Assembly: GCA_010405405.1 (NCBI GenBank)
Contig: MU004231.1
Coordinates: forward strand, 352,991 to 416,990
Length of the DNA: 64,000 bases
Direction of reading: 5' to 3'
DNA from: Microthyrium microscopicum
Taxonomy: Eukaryota
The notes under the pieces are model-generated. The model was given only the letters and a program-made list of their open reading frames with translations. It was not told the origin of the DNA and did no database searches. Position numbers and translations under genes: made by a program. This document shows positions 26,526-39,102 of the stretch, one piece after another. How positions within the stretch are numbered: position 1 is the stretch's first letter; each line of letters starts with the position of its first letter.

Positions 26526-27683
26526 GATGGCGGACCTTGATAGAAGGCTGATACAGAAAGACAGGAAACGGGATGTTTGTTGTCAAAGGAAAATAGCCGA
26601 TTCTTAGGTAGGGAACGTTTTGGGTCTGGGGCAATGACGCTGTTAGATTGATGTTGGGGAACACAGAGCTGAGCAGGGTTTGGGAGGGAGGGAGGAGGGA
26701 GAGTGCCAGCAGGTACTCCGTACACAACAGTCTGAGCTGTGAGAGATGTCGATGGGCGGTGCAAGTGGGCAGGCGGAATTGGAAGGATGGAATTTACCTG
26801 ACGATGGCAAAAAGGGTAGAAGTGGTGGTATTCGCGGTAGTGGTAATGTGGTGTTGGTAAAGTAGTTTGTAGTTGGTTGTCAAGGAGAGAGAGGATTAAT
26901 GGAGGAAGAAGTGGGAGTGGGTTGATGATGTTTTTGGTTTGGCTTTGAATTTTAGAGGCAGTGACCACTGACCGTGCAAGCCTTAAGGTGCAGACTTGTA
27001 AGTTGCAGCTCCACAACAGGCAAGAACGTTGAACCCACACACACTGTTGACTTCTTGACCTTTTGTTACCGGTCAGGCAGGCGCAGCCAGTAAGTTCAGC
27101 AAGGCGCCTGCCAAAATCCTCCAGCAGTCCACTTGAGTTTAGGCAAGAGCAGTGCGGCCCTGTAGAATTCAGGAACAATTGGTGGCAAATCAACAAGCTT
27201 GTCCTTCAAGGAGTACTCTACCTCCAGATATACCTCTCACCAAGCACTTCATTCTCAAATAAATAACTAGATTAATCAATCCATATGTGTCATTGGATCC
27301 TATCGATTTGCATATCGCTGACCTATTCTACAAATTCAGCATATTTGATACCAGGTGATGTAAAGTCTAAAAGGTACCATTAGGCGCGTTAATAAGCAGC
27401 CTAAATAGTCAACTGCATGCCTGCGTGCCTTCCCCGTGGCTTCTAGCAGCGGGTTGTTCCTGCCCCGTACCACCCTGGTCAATAAGCCTGGTCATTCCCG
27501 ACATCAAGAATTATTCATACAAACTACCACCACCAAGTATTCCTCCTCGCCGTAACAAGCCCACATCTACGCCTCTTGCCTCCTCACAATTCCAACCTAT
27601 TCCATTCTCTACATCTTAGCAAGAGCGTCACCCCCTTCGTATCTGTCCCGCTGCGCTGCTATACCTCCGAATTATATATCGCC

Positions 27684-28386
27684 ATGGGCGGATCATTATC
27701 AAGACTGGTCTCCCTCTTCTGGGGCAAGAAGGAGATAAGAATCCTCATCCTAGGACTGGTGTGTAGCTATACAACTGGAACGAGACAATTCAAAGACTGA
27801 TTCATGATGAATAGGACAATGCCGGGAAAACAACTTTACTATATCGCCTAAAGGTATACTACTCGCCCACGCCCTACTTGCAAGACACCCTCTAACCGAC
27901 TCAGATTGGCGAAGTCGTAACTACCATGCCCACCATCGGCTTCAACGTCGAATCCGTAACATACAAGAACCTTAATCTCAACGTATGGGATCTAGGCGGT
28001 CAAACATCCATTCGGCCTTATTGGCGGTGCTATTATGCCAATACTGCGGCAGTCATCTTCGTTGTCGATTCGACAGATATTGAGCGTTTACAGACCGCGT
28101 CTGACGAGCTGGCTGCTATGTTAGGCGAAGAGGAATTACGGGATGCTGCGCTCCTAGTATTTGCGAACAAGCAGGATCAGCCAGGAGCTAAAGGAGCAGG
28201 AGAGATTAGCGAGGCGTTGAAGTTGGGCGAATTGCGAGATCGGAATTGGACGATAGTGGCGTGCAGTGCGATAGATGGGAGAGGCGTTAATGAGGGAATG
28301 GACTGGCTAGTGGTGAGTATATGAAAAACCTTGGGAAACACGTTCACTAATGCTTTTGATAGCAAACTGTGGCAGACGAAAATTAA
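27684..28386 (+). CDS. ARL1: ADP-ribosylation factor-like GTPase Arl1
   Basis: [52 protein letters not shown]; three introns. Confidence 0.97.
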
Positions 28387-28674
28387 GCGCGAGATTTATA
28401 AGCAATTGACTACGCATTTTCAGGGCGTTTTGGGTTTCACGACAACGGTTACTACTGTGATATTTGGGCATTTATGTCGATGGTTTTGCTAACAAAGCCA
28501 CCAGTCTTTGGATCAAAAGCTTCATAGAGCAAGGTATGAGAACATCTTAACAGTAGATGAAAAATTGCTAATACAACAGTGAAGACATTGATGCTATGTA
28601 CAAAATCCAAATGCGGTTTTGACGCAATATATGCGTCTATCATACTAAATTCTTTCATCACTTCGTTCAAGTCA

Positions 28675-30972
28675 TTATTTGCTTCCTGCTTCTTGAAATC
28701 TCCGAGCAATCTCAAGAGTTTCGGCATCCAGCCGAGTTCCACCAAGGAACGTTATCGAAAATGGAAGCTCTCCCTGGTCGCTCTCATTCCCAGAGAGTTC
28801 CGATACTTTATATGTCCCAGCTGGAGTTGCCACGGCGCAGAGATCCAAAATATTGCCAAAATGAGTAAATTCCTGTTTTTGGTAAGCTTCGATTCAAGAA
28901 CGATGAGACAATTACTTACGCCCAAAATACTGTTCTTCTTAATCGGATCAGCGAGCACCTGTTCCGTTTTCCAGTGCGTTGGAGTGGTTGGAACAATCAC
29001 TACATCCACGCCTTCACCACTATATCCAAACACATTCTCAGCCTCGCGCGTATACAGCGCCTTAGCTTGTATATCCCGATACGCCTGCACCGCCGTACTA
29101 TTCCTCGCCACAACAGCCTCAAACAACTGCAATATAACCGGATGCAAATTCTGCCTATTCTTCTCCAAAAAGTCATCCGGTAACGACGCTAGCCGCTCCG
29201 ACACAAATGTACCATCGTACAATAACCGGCCAGCTTTGTCGAATGGCGACCAGTCAATTGGCTTCAACTCACCCCCAATCGCCTGCAATGCCGCCACCGC
29301 TTCGTAGAACTTACTGCGATAGATCGGCGAGCACACACTCAGTGCTTCAGGCGGCGGTATACCAAACTTGAATTTGCTCGCTGCAGCTCCAATACTGTTG
29401 ACGTGGCGCTCAAAGCCCATGGGCCATTTCGCATAGCGGTCACGCGCATCGTATGATTCACATAGGGACCATACTTTGCGTGCGTCGCTTACAGTCTTGG
29501 CGATGATGGCGATGCAGTCGAGACTCAGGCAGGCGGGTGTTAGACCAACGGTGCTGAGTAGGCCGCGGGTGGGCTTGTAGCCGACGACACCGTTGAAGCC
29601 ACTCGGTACGCGGCCCGACCCGGCGGTGTCGGTCGCTATGCTGAAAGTACATAGATTTGCGCCGACGGTTACCGCGTTGCCGGAACTGGAGCCGCCGGAG
29701 ATGTAGTCAGGGTTGAAGACGGAGTGGGGCATACCATAGGGTGAGCGGCAGCCAGTCAGACCGGTGGCGAGTTGGTCGAGATTTGTCTTGCCGATTAGCA
29801 GTGCGCCGTGGGAAATGCAGCTGTCGTAGACTGGCGAGGAGGTTGTCGCGATGAAGGAGAGTGGTGGGCAGGCGGTGGTGGTTGGGAGGCCGGCGATGTC
29901 GAGACTGTCTTTGATGCTGAAGGGTACGCCGAAGAGAGCGGGTAGTTTCGCTTTGTTGGGGTATGCGGCTGCGAGGGCTTCGGCGGCGGCGAGAGCTTGG
30001 TCTTTGGGGACTAGGTGGATCCAGACGCCGGTGTTGGATTTCTCGTACGCGTCGATTGTTTTATACAGCGAGGAGATTACGGCGACGGGGGAGAGGCCGT
30101 TTTTGTAGGCTTCTTGCAGGGCTGGGATTCGAAGGTCGCCGTCCCAGACTGTTGGGGTCAGGGGTGGAGATAGACTGTCGGTTGCTGCTTTTAGGGGATT
30201 GGTATATGGTTCGAAGGCATCAATAAGCGGCTGCAGATTGGCGACGAATCCGAAGAGACCTTGGGACCAGTGGATCATGTCCAGGGATGAACTCTTGAAT
30301 TCGGCATTGTACCCAGCAGTTGCTTCTTCAATACCACCTGGAAAAAGTCAGCTTGAAGATTCTTAATCTGGATGGACAAAACTTACAGCATTCAAACCCA
30401 CGATCATTGGCTTCTCGGATCGATGTAGCAAAGCAGCACTCAGTAGTCACACCAGAAACCAACAAATGAGTGATGCCATGGGATTTCAGCTTGTGCATGA
30501 TTGCAGTATTCCAGAACGAGCCTTTGCCTGGCTTGTCAATGACGACCTCTCCAGGATAGGGAGCCAACTCGTCAATAATATCGTGGCCGTACTCTCCTCG
30601 CGTCAAGAGGCGTCCCATGGTTGCTTTGTCGCCAATGACAAAACTGTGCTGTGTATTACCAGGCAAAGCTGGCTGGCGTTCGACTTTGGAACTTGGCATA
30701 TCGGAAAGATCAGGAGTATGGCCTTCTCGAGTGTGGAAAATGGTCAAACCAACTGCTCGACAAGCTTCAAGAAGTTTCTTTGTTGGAGCTATTGATTCCT
30801 GGACCATTTTGAGATCTCCGCCTTGGATCTCTCCAAAACCGGTTGGAAGCAGAAAGTCTCTCTGCATATCAATTATGAGAAGAGCAGTCTTCTTTGGCGG
30901 AAAAGAATATGCATATGGCTTTGCATCAATGGTCAATAGCTCTGGGAGCTGTTCAAGCAAAAGGCTTGACAT
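28675..30972 (-). CDS. Fusion of isochorismatase-family cysteine hydrolase (biuret/triuret hydrolase-like) and allophanate hydrolase-like amidase
   Basis: N-domain: IIDMQRDF, HTREGH, DKPGKGSF, GVTTECC (D-K-C triad), REANDRGFEC. After intron ~30339-30385 the frame continues into an amidase-signature domain: GVPFSIKD, GKTNLDQLATGLTGCRSPYG, GGSSSG, TDTAGSGRVP. A second intron lies at ~28873-28919. Confidence 0.85.
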
Positions 30973-31893
30973 GTTGGCTGTTGTTTCGTTCAACACTCTA
31001 ACAATAGGAGAATTATCTTGACCCAAGAAGAGTTTGAAGGTTTCGAGCTGTTCTAAAAGTTAATTGAAAGAGAAGATTTAGAACACAGCAGTCTGGAACC
31101 AAAACAAAGTCATTCGACGTGCAGCATCAAAGAAATTTCTATCAACCAAAAGTATATCCTATCACCCAATCTGGCATGCGAGGCCGCAGCTCTGGCGGCT
31201 TATTCAAATTCAAGAGGCCTTCGGCCACCGGCGGCGCCTACACGACGGCGCGCGCGCAAGATATGGATCAGGGTCAAACTAGGATGCTTATCTCTCCGTT
31301 TTGCGGGGGTGGTCAAAGTGTGCAGCATAGCGATTCTGGGCTTGCAACTATTCCGCTTTGGGCCTCAAGCAAGCCTATTGTAAAGCCAGCATTCGGCCAA
31401 CCACCAACGACCGCTCGTGGCTGGACGTTTCTGGACACTTTTTTATGCTCGTTTAATGCTCAGCTCAGAGTTCTGGCTTTTTGACACTGCAGTGTCGGCA
31501 CGCGACTGTGCAGCCATGCCACCAACCACTGTTGTCCAACCCAGAGAATTGGCATCGATAGCGTGGGGAACTTTCTTTTATTTTCCAGGTCGTTGGTTGG
31601 CCAAATGCACGATAAAGTTCTAGTCCCATAGGGCCGGAGGCGTTCGTGGTCTGGAAAAGGCTGATCTCTATCTTGAAAACACTCGAGATATCCAGCCTTC
31701 TGGGACCGGCGGCGCATTGAAGTGGCCGTTGAAGTGTATATAGCAGACGAAGCGTGTCCCGAATACCAGGTCCGTTTCATAGGTTGTCAGTTCAAGATAT
31801 TTCGACAAGGCTTTGATATTCAGGTCCTAGCTTTTCTTGATACTACCTTGAACAAATCGGCTTCTCTTTCAGGCTCAATCCTTGTTGTTCATC
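30973..31893. promoter_or_regulatory. Divergent promoter between the hydrolase fusion and the NCS1 permease
   Basis: Head-to-head genes. Exact repeat ACCGGCGGCGC at 31227-31237 and 31705-31715, CCG-N5-CGG at 31296-31306, and GATA cores (CTTATC 31287, GATAAA 31611). Confidence 0.5.
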
Positions 31894-33706
31894 ATGTCTA
31901 TACTCTCTCCCAAGAGACAATGGGGAAAGTTGAAGGCCTACGTTGAGCCTCAACTTCATCTCGCTGTACCATTTTCAGCTGGTGCATGGGGTGATGATGC
32001 AAGATGGTCCAACAAAGGTAAGTTGATTCGACTCGTACTTCCAACATCAATACTTACATTTCTTAGATTTGGATCCTATTACACCTGAAAAGCAAACATG
32101 GGGGCCAATCGATTATTGGGCATATTGGTGCTCTGATATGCTTGCACCTCCTCTTGCCTCTACAGTCTCCAGTGTCATGAGTCTCGGCTTCACGGCCAGA
32201 GAGACCATTCCCATCGTCTTCTTTGGCTTTGCCATTTGCAGTTTGGTCATCACAGCTACTGGCAAAATGGGAGCGACCTACAAGGTTCCCTTCCCTGTCA
32301 TTGTTCGATCCATCTTTGGCATGTACGGATCTTTCCCAGCTATCTGCATTCGAGGTATATAACATCTTGTCAAATGTCCGAGATCAGCCTGCTCACTTAA
32401 CATTTAGCTTTCGTTGCCATGATGTGGACCGCTATCCTTTGCGTCCAAGCAGGAAACTACCTTCAAAGAATGATCGAGGCTATCTGGCCAAGCTTCATTC
32501 ACTTTCCCAATCATCTTCCCGCCAATGCCGGTATCGACTCTGCTGGTCTACTATGCTTCTTCCTATACTGGTTCCTCCAAACATTCCTTATGATGATGCC
32601 CATCGAGAAACTCAAGATTCTGTTCTTGGTAAAGGGTGTTATCGTTCCACCAACATTCGTCGCTCTCTTCCTTTGGGCTGTTATCGTCACAAAGGGTGGC
32701 GGACCACTCGTTCAAGGCCACATGAAGATCACAAGCACCTACATGAACACTGCCTATAGCGCGCTGACTGGACTCAACGTCATCATTGGTCTCTTCTCGT
32801 CCATGGCCGTCAACATGCCTGATTTCGGTCGCTTTTCCAGAGACGGATTGAAGGGTCCTCATCAGTTCCTTGCTCTTCCTGTCATTGGAACACTTGGTGC
32901 TTTGACTCCAATCTTCGTCACCTCCGCCCATGAACAAATCTGGGGAACATTCGATTGGTACATGCCCGACATTATCGCCGACTTTGACAGCCGAGCTGCC
33001 AAGTTCTTCGTTTCTGCTTCTTTCATGCTTGCCACCATCGGTAACCAGATTGCTGCTGGATCGTATCCATTCTCCAACGATATCAGTGGATTCGCACCCA
33101 AGTAAGTTTCCTCATATCGTGTTGAAGTGAACATTGGCTAACCTTTCGCCTTCTAGGTATATCAACATCTTCCGCGGTACCCTATTCATGTGTCTTTTCT
33201 GCGTCGTATCCACCCCATGGAACATCATCAAGAACGCAGCCGGCCTACTCGCCTTCCTTTCCGGCTACAGCTGCCTCATGGGTCCACTCGCCGGAGTCAT
33301 GGTCACCGACTACTACATCATCAAGCAGCGCAAGCTCAATGTCTACGAACTCTACAAGTCCCCTGGAATCTACTCCTACGAGCACGGCTTCAACTGGCGC
33401 GCATGGGCAGCATTTTTCTGCGGTGTTGGACCTCTGATGCCCGGATTTGCCAAGTCTATCGCGCCTACGCTGAACGTTGGTGGAGCATGGAAGATCTACT
33501 CTTTTGCCTGGATCTTTGGTTTCTGCATCTCGACGCTTGTCTACTACGTTATTTGCACGTATATCTCTGTTCCTCACGAGAGCATTATTGCGGAGGCGGT
33601 ATATCCTCCTGGAAAGGGCGAGCTTGCTTCGCCGGCTAGTATTCATGGAGAGGTTATTGATGACCTCAAGGAGCCAATTGCCATGACTAAAGAGCAAGAA
33701 GTCTGA
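31894..33706 (+). CDS. NCS1 family nucleobase/allantoin permease (Fur type)
   Basis: RWSNK/DLDP.TPEKQTW, VPFPVIVRSIFGMYGS, NMPDFGRF, YINIFRG, PWN, FLSGYSCLMGP, GFNWRA; many TM segments; three introns. Confidence 0.92.
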
Positions 33707-34960
33707 TTTGGTTGAGACTTTTGCAAGGAATGTTTTATGCGGACATATATCCCCACTGAGCTGTTTGAACTCTTTTTTGTTTGATTTGTTGCTTTATTAG
33801 TTTAGGATACCAACAACATTTGCAATAACTACACATTTTAATCCTCATACAATCGAAATGGTCCTCGTTGTGTCAATAGTGTTTGTTAACTACTGTTGTC
33901 GACGATACCAAGTAGTATTCTATCTATCGCGGCTGTGAGCTGTATACATGCGATAGGTAAGCAAATCAAGACGTGATATACGATTTATTATTTTATAATC
34001 GTAGAAGAAGCCGCAACAATTCATATGGGAGACAGGACGACCGTAGTGTTATGTATGGAAGCTTTGCTATTTCTTGTATGCAATACGAAAAAGTTTCATG
34101 TGGAAAGACACATTTCTTTCACAGCAGAGCTCTTTGAGAAATCTCGGTTCGTAGTTTTCAATCGCACTGGTTTTCCATCCGTTACAGGTCTTCAGTACTT
34201 TTTATGTTCTGTTTGGTCCAACATCAGCCTTATGACTACAATGGACCCCCCTGAGCGCGATCTACCCAATATCATTTTGAAATTGATATGATATACTTTC
34301 TCAGTGCTTCTTACTTCCCAGCCTAGTCTGTGATATTTTACCACTTGGTTTTGTTTGGTCAAATTCAAAAACGCCATGTATGCTACTGGCCCATTTCTAC
34401 TGTGTCCTTATGATATCATCAACATTCTACGTTATCCCTTTTCATCAATTTCCTCCAAGCGTGCTGCCAATACTTCCAAAAATCTTCATGCAGGTGGTCT
34501 CGGAACACTTCCGAGTAGACTTTAGGGACCTCAGGGCCTACGCCGGCCGAGGGCGACTTGCTCTCTCAGCCAATCAGGTGTCTCACAGCTCAGATATCAC
34601 CAACCGTGTTTTGCTTTTTCCATCGGTTCTGCTTCAGCTTTCACGCATCTTCTTACGACAAAAATGATGTAGGTGGAATATATGCTTAAGAGGCCTAGTA
34701 CCTTTTGACTTGATCAATACTCAAACTTGTATATATATCGTTCACATCGTCTTCTTCTTACCCGTCAATAACTCCTGGCTATCATCTCGCCAATCTCCAA
34801 AGAACACTGTCCATGCAGGCAGGCTTTACGCAGGAGAAGCATGCACAGTCCAGCCAGCCCGGTAGTGGGAGCCAACGAGCCGGAAAGGGGATCAACCCAA
34901 ATATCTCACCGATTAGTGTAGGCGTTTATTTACCTAGTCGAAGCGCGCATATCGCTCATC

Positions 34961-37178
34961 ATGGATCCACCATCAAACGCAGTATCATCCCCCGATTCCC
35001 TAGGATACAGTGCCTTTCCTGGAACTCTCAAAACTGCAACAAAACCCCGCCGTCCATGCGATGCTTGCCGAAAACGAAAATCTCGCTGTGAGATTCCAGA
35101 GGGGGAGACTATCTGCGTTTTGTGCCGCTTCCACAACCAGATTTGCCTTTTCAAAGAGAATCCCCAACCACGGAAACGTCGAAAAGTGAGCGAGCCATCG
35201 CCTGGCGAATCCAGCTCAGCAAATGTTGCTAGAAACGGCAGTCTATCAAACGCAACTCCGCTCGATCCGAGTGCAGATGGTACGGCTCCTATGGCTTTTG
35301 GCGAAAGACGAACTCCAACCGCCTACATAAGACAAGAAACTCCCATCGACAACTACGCCAACTTGAAAGGACCGAGCCTATTGAAGAAAACACTTGGTCT
35401 ACAAAGTCATCGACATAGCAAAATACTTGGTTCTACATCAGAGTTCGAGCCATCATTGTTGTCACTACCTGCTTTCGGGACCAAGGAAGAAATCTCAATA
35501 GGACCAGTATCCTTGCGCAAAGTCACTGCCATCGATTGCTTTCAATTGATGTCCGATACTTCCACTGTATCATATGCCGATGAGATCCGTGATCTGGACA
35601 CCATTGAATCAATTGTCGCTCCTCATGGTCGTGAGCTTATACGTCTATATTTTCGCATCGTCCATCCAACATATCCAATTCTTCACAAAAAAGTCTACTT
35701 GGAAAAATATGAACGAACTCACCGGGAGTTTTCTCCTCCATTGTTGGCAGCTGTATACCTTCTAGCAGTTAACTGGTGGTCATATTCTTCAGATCTGGCA
35801 TTGCTCCCAAAACCGGATATTGAGACGCTGGAATCCATTGCGTTACGAACCATGTCATATGTTGTCTCCAGACCAAAGCTTTCCACCATCCAAGCTGGCC
35901 TACTACTGCTCCAGAGGCCTGAAGGAGAATCATGGGCTTTGACCGGAAAACTTGTCGCTCTTGGTCAGGATCTAGGACTTCATCTAGACTGCACCAAGTG
36001 GCGCATACCCGCCTGGGAGAAGGGTCTGCGAAAAAGACTTGCCTGGGGCCTATTCATGCAAGACAAATGGGGCGCCTTGGTACATGGACGCCCTTCACAT
36101 ATTACGTACGATGACTGGCTTGTCAAACACGTCAATGAGACCGATTTTCCTGAACGAGCGGCTGACGAAGATGAGGAAGAAGGGAGCACTGAAGTTGAAA
36201 AGGGGCGAGTTCTGTTCAGTGAGATGATCAAACTTACAGAGATCCTGACAACAGTTCTGTCCCAATTTTATACCCTCCGAGCAGACGAAGAGTTTCGAGC
36301 TCGGGAGCATGAAGGGGGAAGATGGATATTGGAAAAGGCAAAGCCAATTCAACTTGCCTTGAGAGAATGGTTCGCTCAGCTGCCAGAGTCTCTTAGAATG
36401 GAACAGGTGAAAATGAGAAAGCTAAACTCTACAGGTAAGTACATTGGAATTGTGTGCAATTATATGAGCTTACTCGGTTGCAGGCTATCTGTATTTGGCA
36501 TACTACACCACTGAAATTACTCTCCACAGAAGGATTGTCAGAGCCCTCCAGCACGAGAAGGATCTCAGCCTAGTACAGATATGTCGGAACGCCGCCCAGG
36601 CTCGATTATCTTCAGTCACCGAATTTGTTAAAAGTCTGAGGCCTGAGCATCTGCAATCATTCTGGTACTGGGCATCGAAATACTGTTTTGCCATTGTCGG
36701 AACATTCATCAGCTTACTCTGGGCAACATCTTTAAGGCAAGAAGAAGCAGATGCCTACAAGGAAAAATTGGAGGAGTACCGATGGACTCTTAGGCTATCG
36801 AGCAAAAGCGCCGAGATTCTAGATCGAGCAGCTAGCATGCTCGCCACGTCCACTGGAGTCCTAGTGAAGGCTATTCCAGCCAAAAGTGCAGCCGACGACG
36901 ACAATGAATACGAAGGATCAACGCCCGGAGATGCGGAAAGTGAAGACACTGGTGGACGGGACTGGGCTGCTGAAGCCGGTCTTTCTGATGTATCGATGCA
37001 AGCAAGTCCAACAAATTATACAGAGGGCCACTTTGACATGATGTGGCAAGGTTTTAACATTCCACCTGGAGGGTCTACATTTCAAGGAAATGAACAGTTT
37101 ACCCCTGGAACTGGCGAGGATGACAAGTATACCTCGTTTATGAGAGGTGATCCTAGTGATCTGGAGAGATATCATTGA
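34961..37178 (+). CDS. Zn(II)2Cys6 transcription factor with fungal-specific TF domain (Dal81/TamA-like)
   Basis: RRPCDACRKRKSRC...CVLCRFHNQIC; YFRIVHPTYPILHK; RPKLSTIQAGLLLLQR; RKRLAWGLFMQDKW; LRPEHLQSFWY; one intron ~36435-36484. Confidence 0.9.
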
Positions 37179-37935
37179 ATTCCGTAATACTACGGCGATG
37201 GCAGTCCATCGAATTGGATGTCTCAAAATTTGCTTAATACTGACTCAAATAGAACCTAACTCTAATGTATTCATTTACTCTGTGATACCTGCTGGGTAAC
37301 ATTGTGCCACTGAATCTCTCAGGCCGCCTTTGGATCATTATACCAACCTAGGCTATCTCTATCAAACCACCGCGGCTTCCAGACTGGCTCTTCATCTTTG
37401 TCACAATTGAGCAGCGGAAACATGTTTTCGTAGTTTTCTGGCTATTATGCCTTGGACTGGTTTTTCTGGCCCTCTTGAGGACAGTTCAACCTCAGACGGT
37501 GATACATAATGAAGCAGATATCAAAATTCTCTTACTAATGACAATATCAGCAAAAGGTTCGCGCTGGCATGTTCGCGCTTCCTCAAAGCTTATATTGCTT
37601 ATGATCACGAAACACCCTTGATGTCGATGGGGTACCGAGTGCAATGTCGCACTTCGTTCGGTGGAATTGCTCTATTGCCAAAGAGTCGCACAGACTGGCC
37701 ATGTGAACCCAAGGGGGCAGGAACTACCAACGGATTTGCTATTTGCAGCAAGAGCGTCTGGTCGTTAGGCAAACAACCACCCTCCGTCGAGACTTCTATT
37801 CTCTGTACTCCTCCAACTTCTTCTTCCACTCCCAAACACCAACAACACTCATCGACGCGCTATCATTGTTGGTCCCACGCACTGCAAGTGCCTCGATTCA
37901 TCAACAATCCAGAACACCGAGCAATAACTTATGAG

Positions 37936-38436
37936 ATGCTGGCTATATTCATCGTCCTGACTCTCTCTAGCCTGGTCTCCGCAATCTGTCCAGGCTCCAG
38001 CTATGGCATTACCTATCCGATTCAGTTGATCCCAGATTCGCAAGAAAATAATCCAGCCTTATTCACTTGGGTAAGTTGCTGAGTCTAGGAAATCTAGATA
38101 CCTTCCGATCCTAGGTTAACCTACTGACAATTTTGGAATTCGCAGACTGTCTACGAGTCTGGCTGCCAGCAAGCCGAAAACTTCACGCAATACTTCAATC
38201 GTCCCAAAACCAGTCCCTGCAACTCTGGCCGCTTGAGATGCTCTCCAGATCCGCCAAACCAATACAATGTCTCCTTTACCTGGTATAAAGCCGCACGTGG
38301 TTCACAGTACGCTTGCGGTCCCAATTCAGATGCTGAATCATGCAATGGCCACACAATCGCTGTCTGCGTAAGTCCCGGCTATATCTCTTCTTGCTATCTA
38401 ATCTAAAAACTGTCGCAGTGTCACAATGACAAGTAG
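37936..38436 (+). CDS. Small secreted cysteine-rich protein (~125 aa, 8 Cys), effector candidate
   Basis: MLAIFIVLTLSSLVSA|ICPGSSYGI...W / TVYESGC...SPC...LRCSP...YAC...ESC...IAVC / CHNDK*; introns ~38071-38145 and ~38368-38418. Confidence 0.8.
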
Positions 38437-39102
38437 CCGCGCCGCCACCAGTATTGAGGGTGGACTCATCGGTGGCAATGATTTTCGGTACATCGCTCCT
38501 CGTGATACTCGCTAAATTATGGGAACATATGGAGAATGTGAAGTTGAGGAGGCTTTGAAATGCTCTAAGAAAAACATCAAAGGGCAGTTGGACTTGACAT
38601 TAACGATGTCAACCATAATATTGACTTTGGGCTCGACAAATAACCATGGTTCAATTTTCTACGTCTTCCATGGGACAGGAGACAGGCGGTGATACGACGA
38701 ATCATAATTTCAAATCGAGGTATTTGATGAGCAACAAAACGATCGGCGAGTTTCTAAACGATTAATTGCCTTACGGGAAATGTAAAATTTCTTCGAATTC
38801 CTCCTGTGTTCATTGAAGCTGGGTACAAATCCAATTGGCAAATTTCATTGCCGCATACAAATAAAAATTGGGTCACTAGTGCTTAGTGGTACGCTGTTGG
38901 CTGTTCCATTTTCGAGAACCTTCATCTATACCTACACTAATGAAAAGGTGAGAAATGTTCCGCGAGGCTATAATAAGCTGGTTGAAGGATGAAGTCCTGG
39001 CGTGAATCCTGCTTTCATCCATGGAGATACTCTACCCTTGGCATCCGCCTAAGCAATATATTACCTCTACGACTCTAAGTTTCTTTGTATACCATAGACA
39101 AA

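Noticed and set aside
26522..27196. 224-aa minus-strand ORF upstream of KAP95
   Set aside because: No recognisable motifs; overlaps the KAP95 5' UTR and the KAP95/ARL1 divergent promoter.
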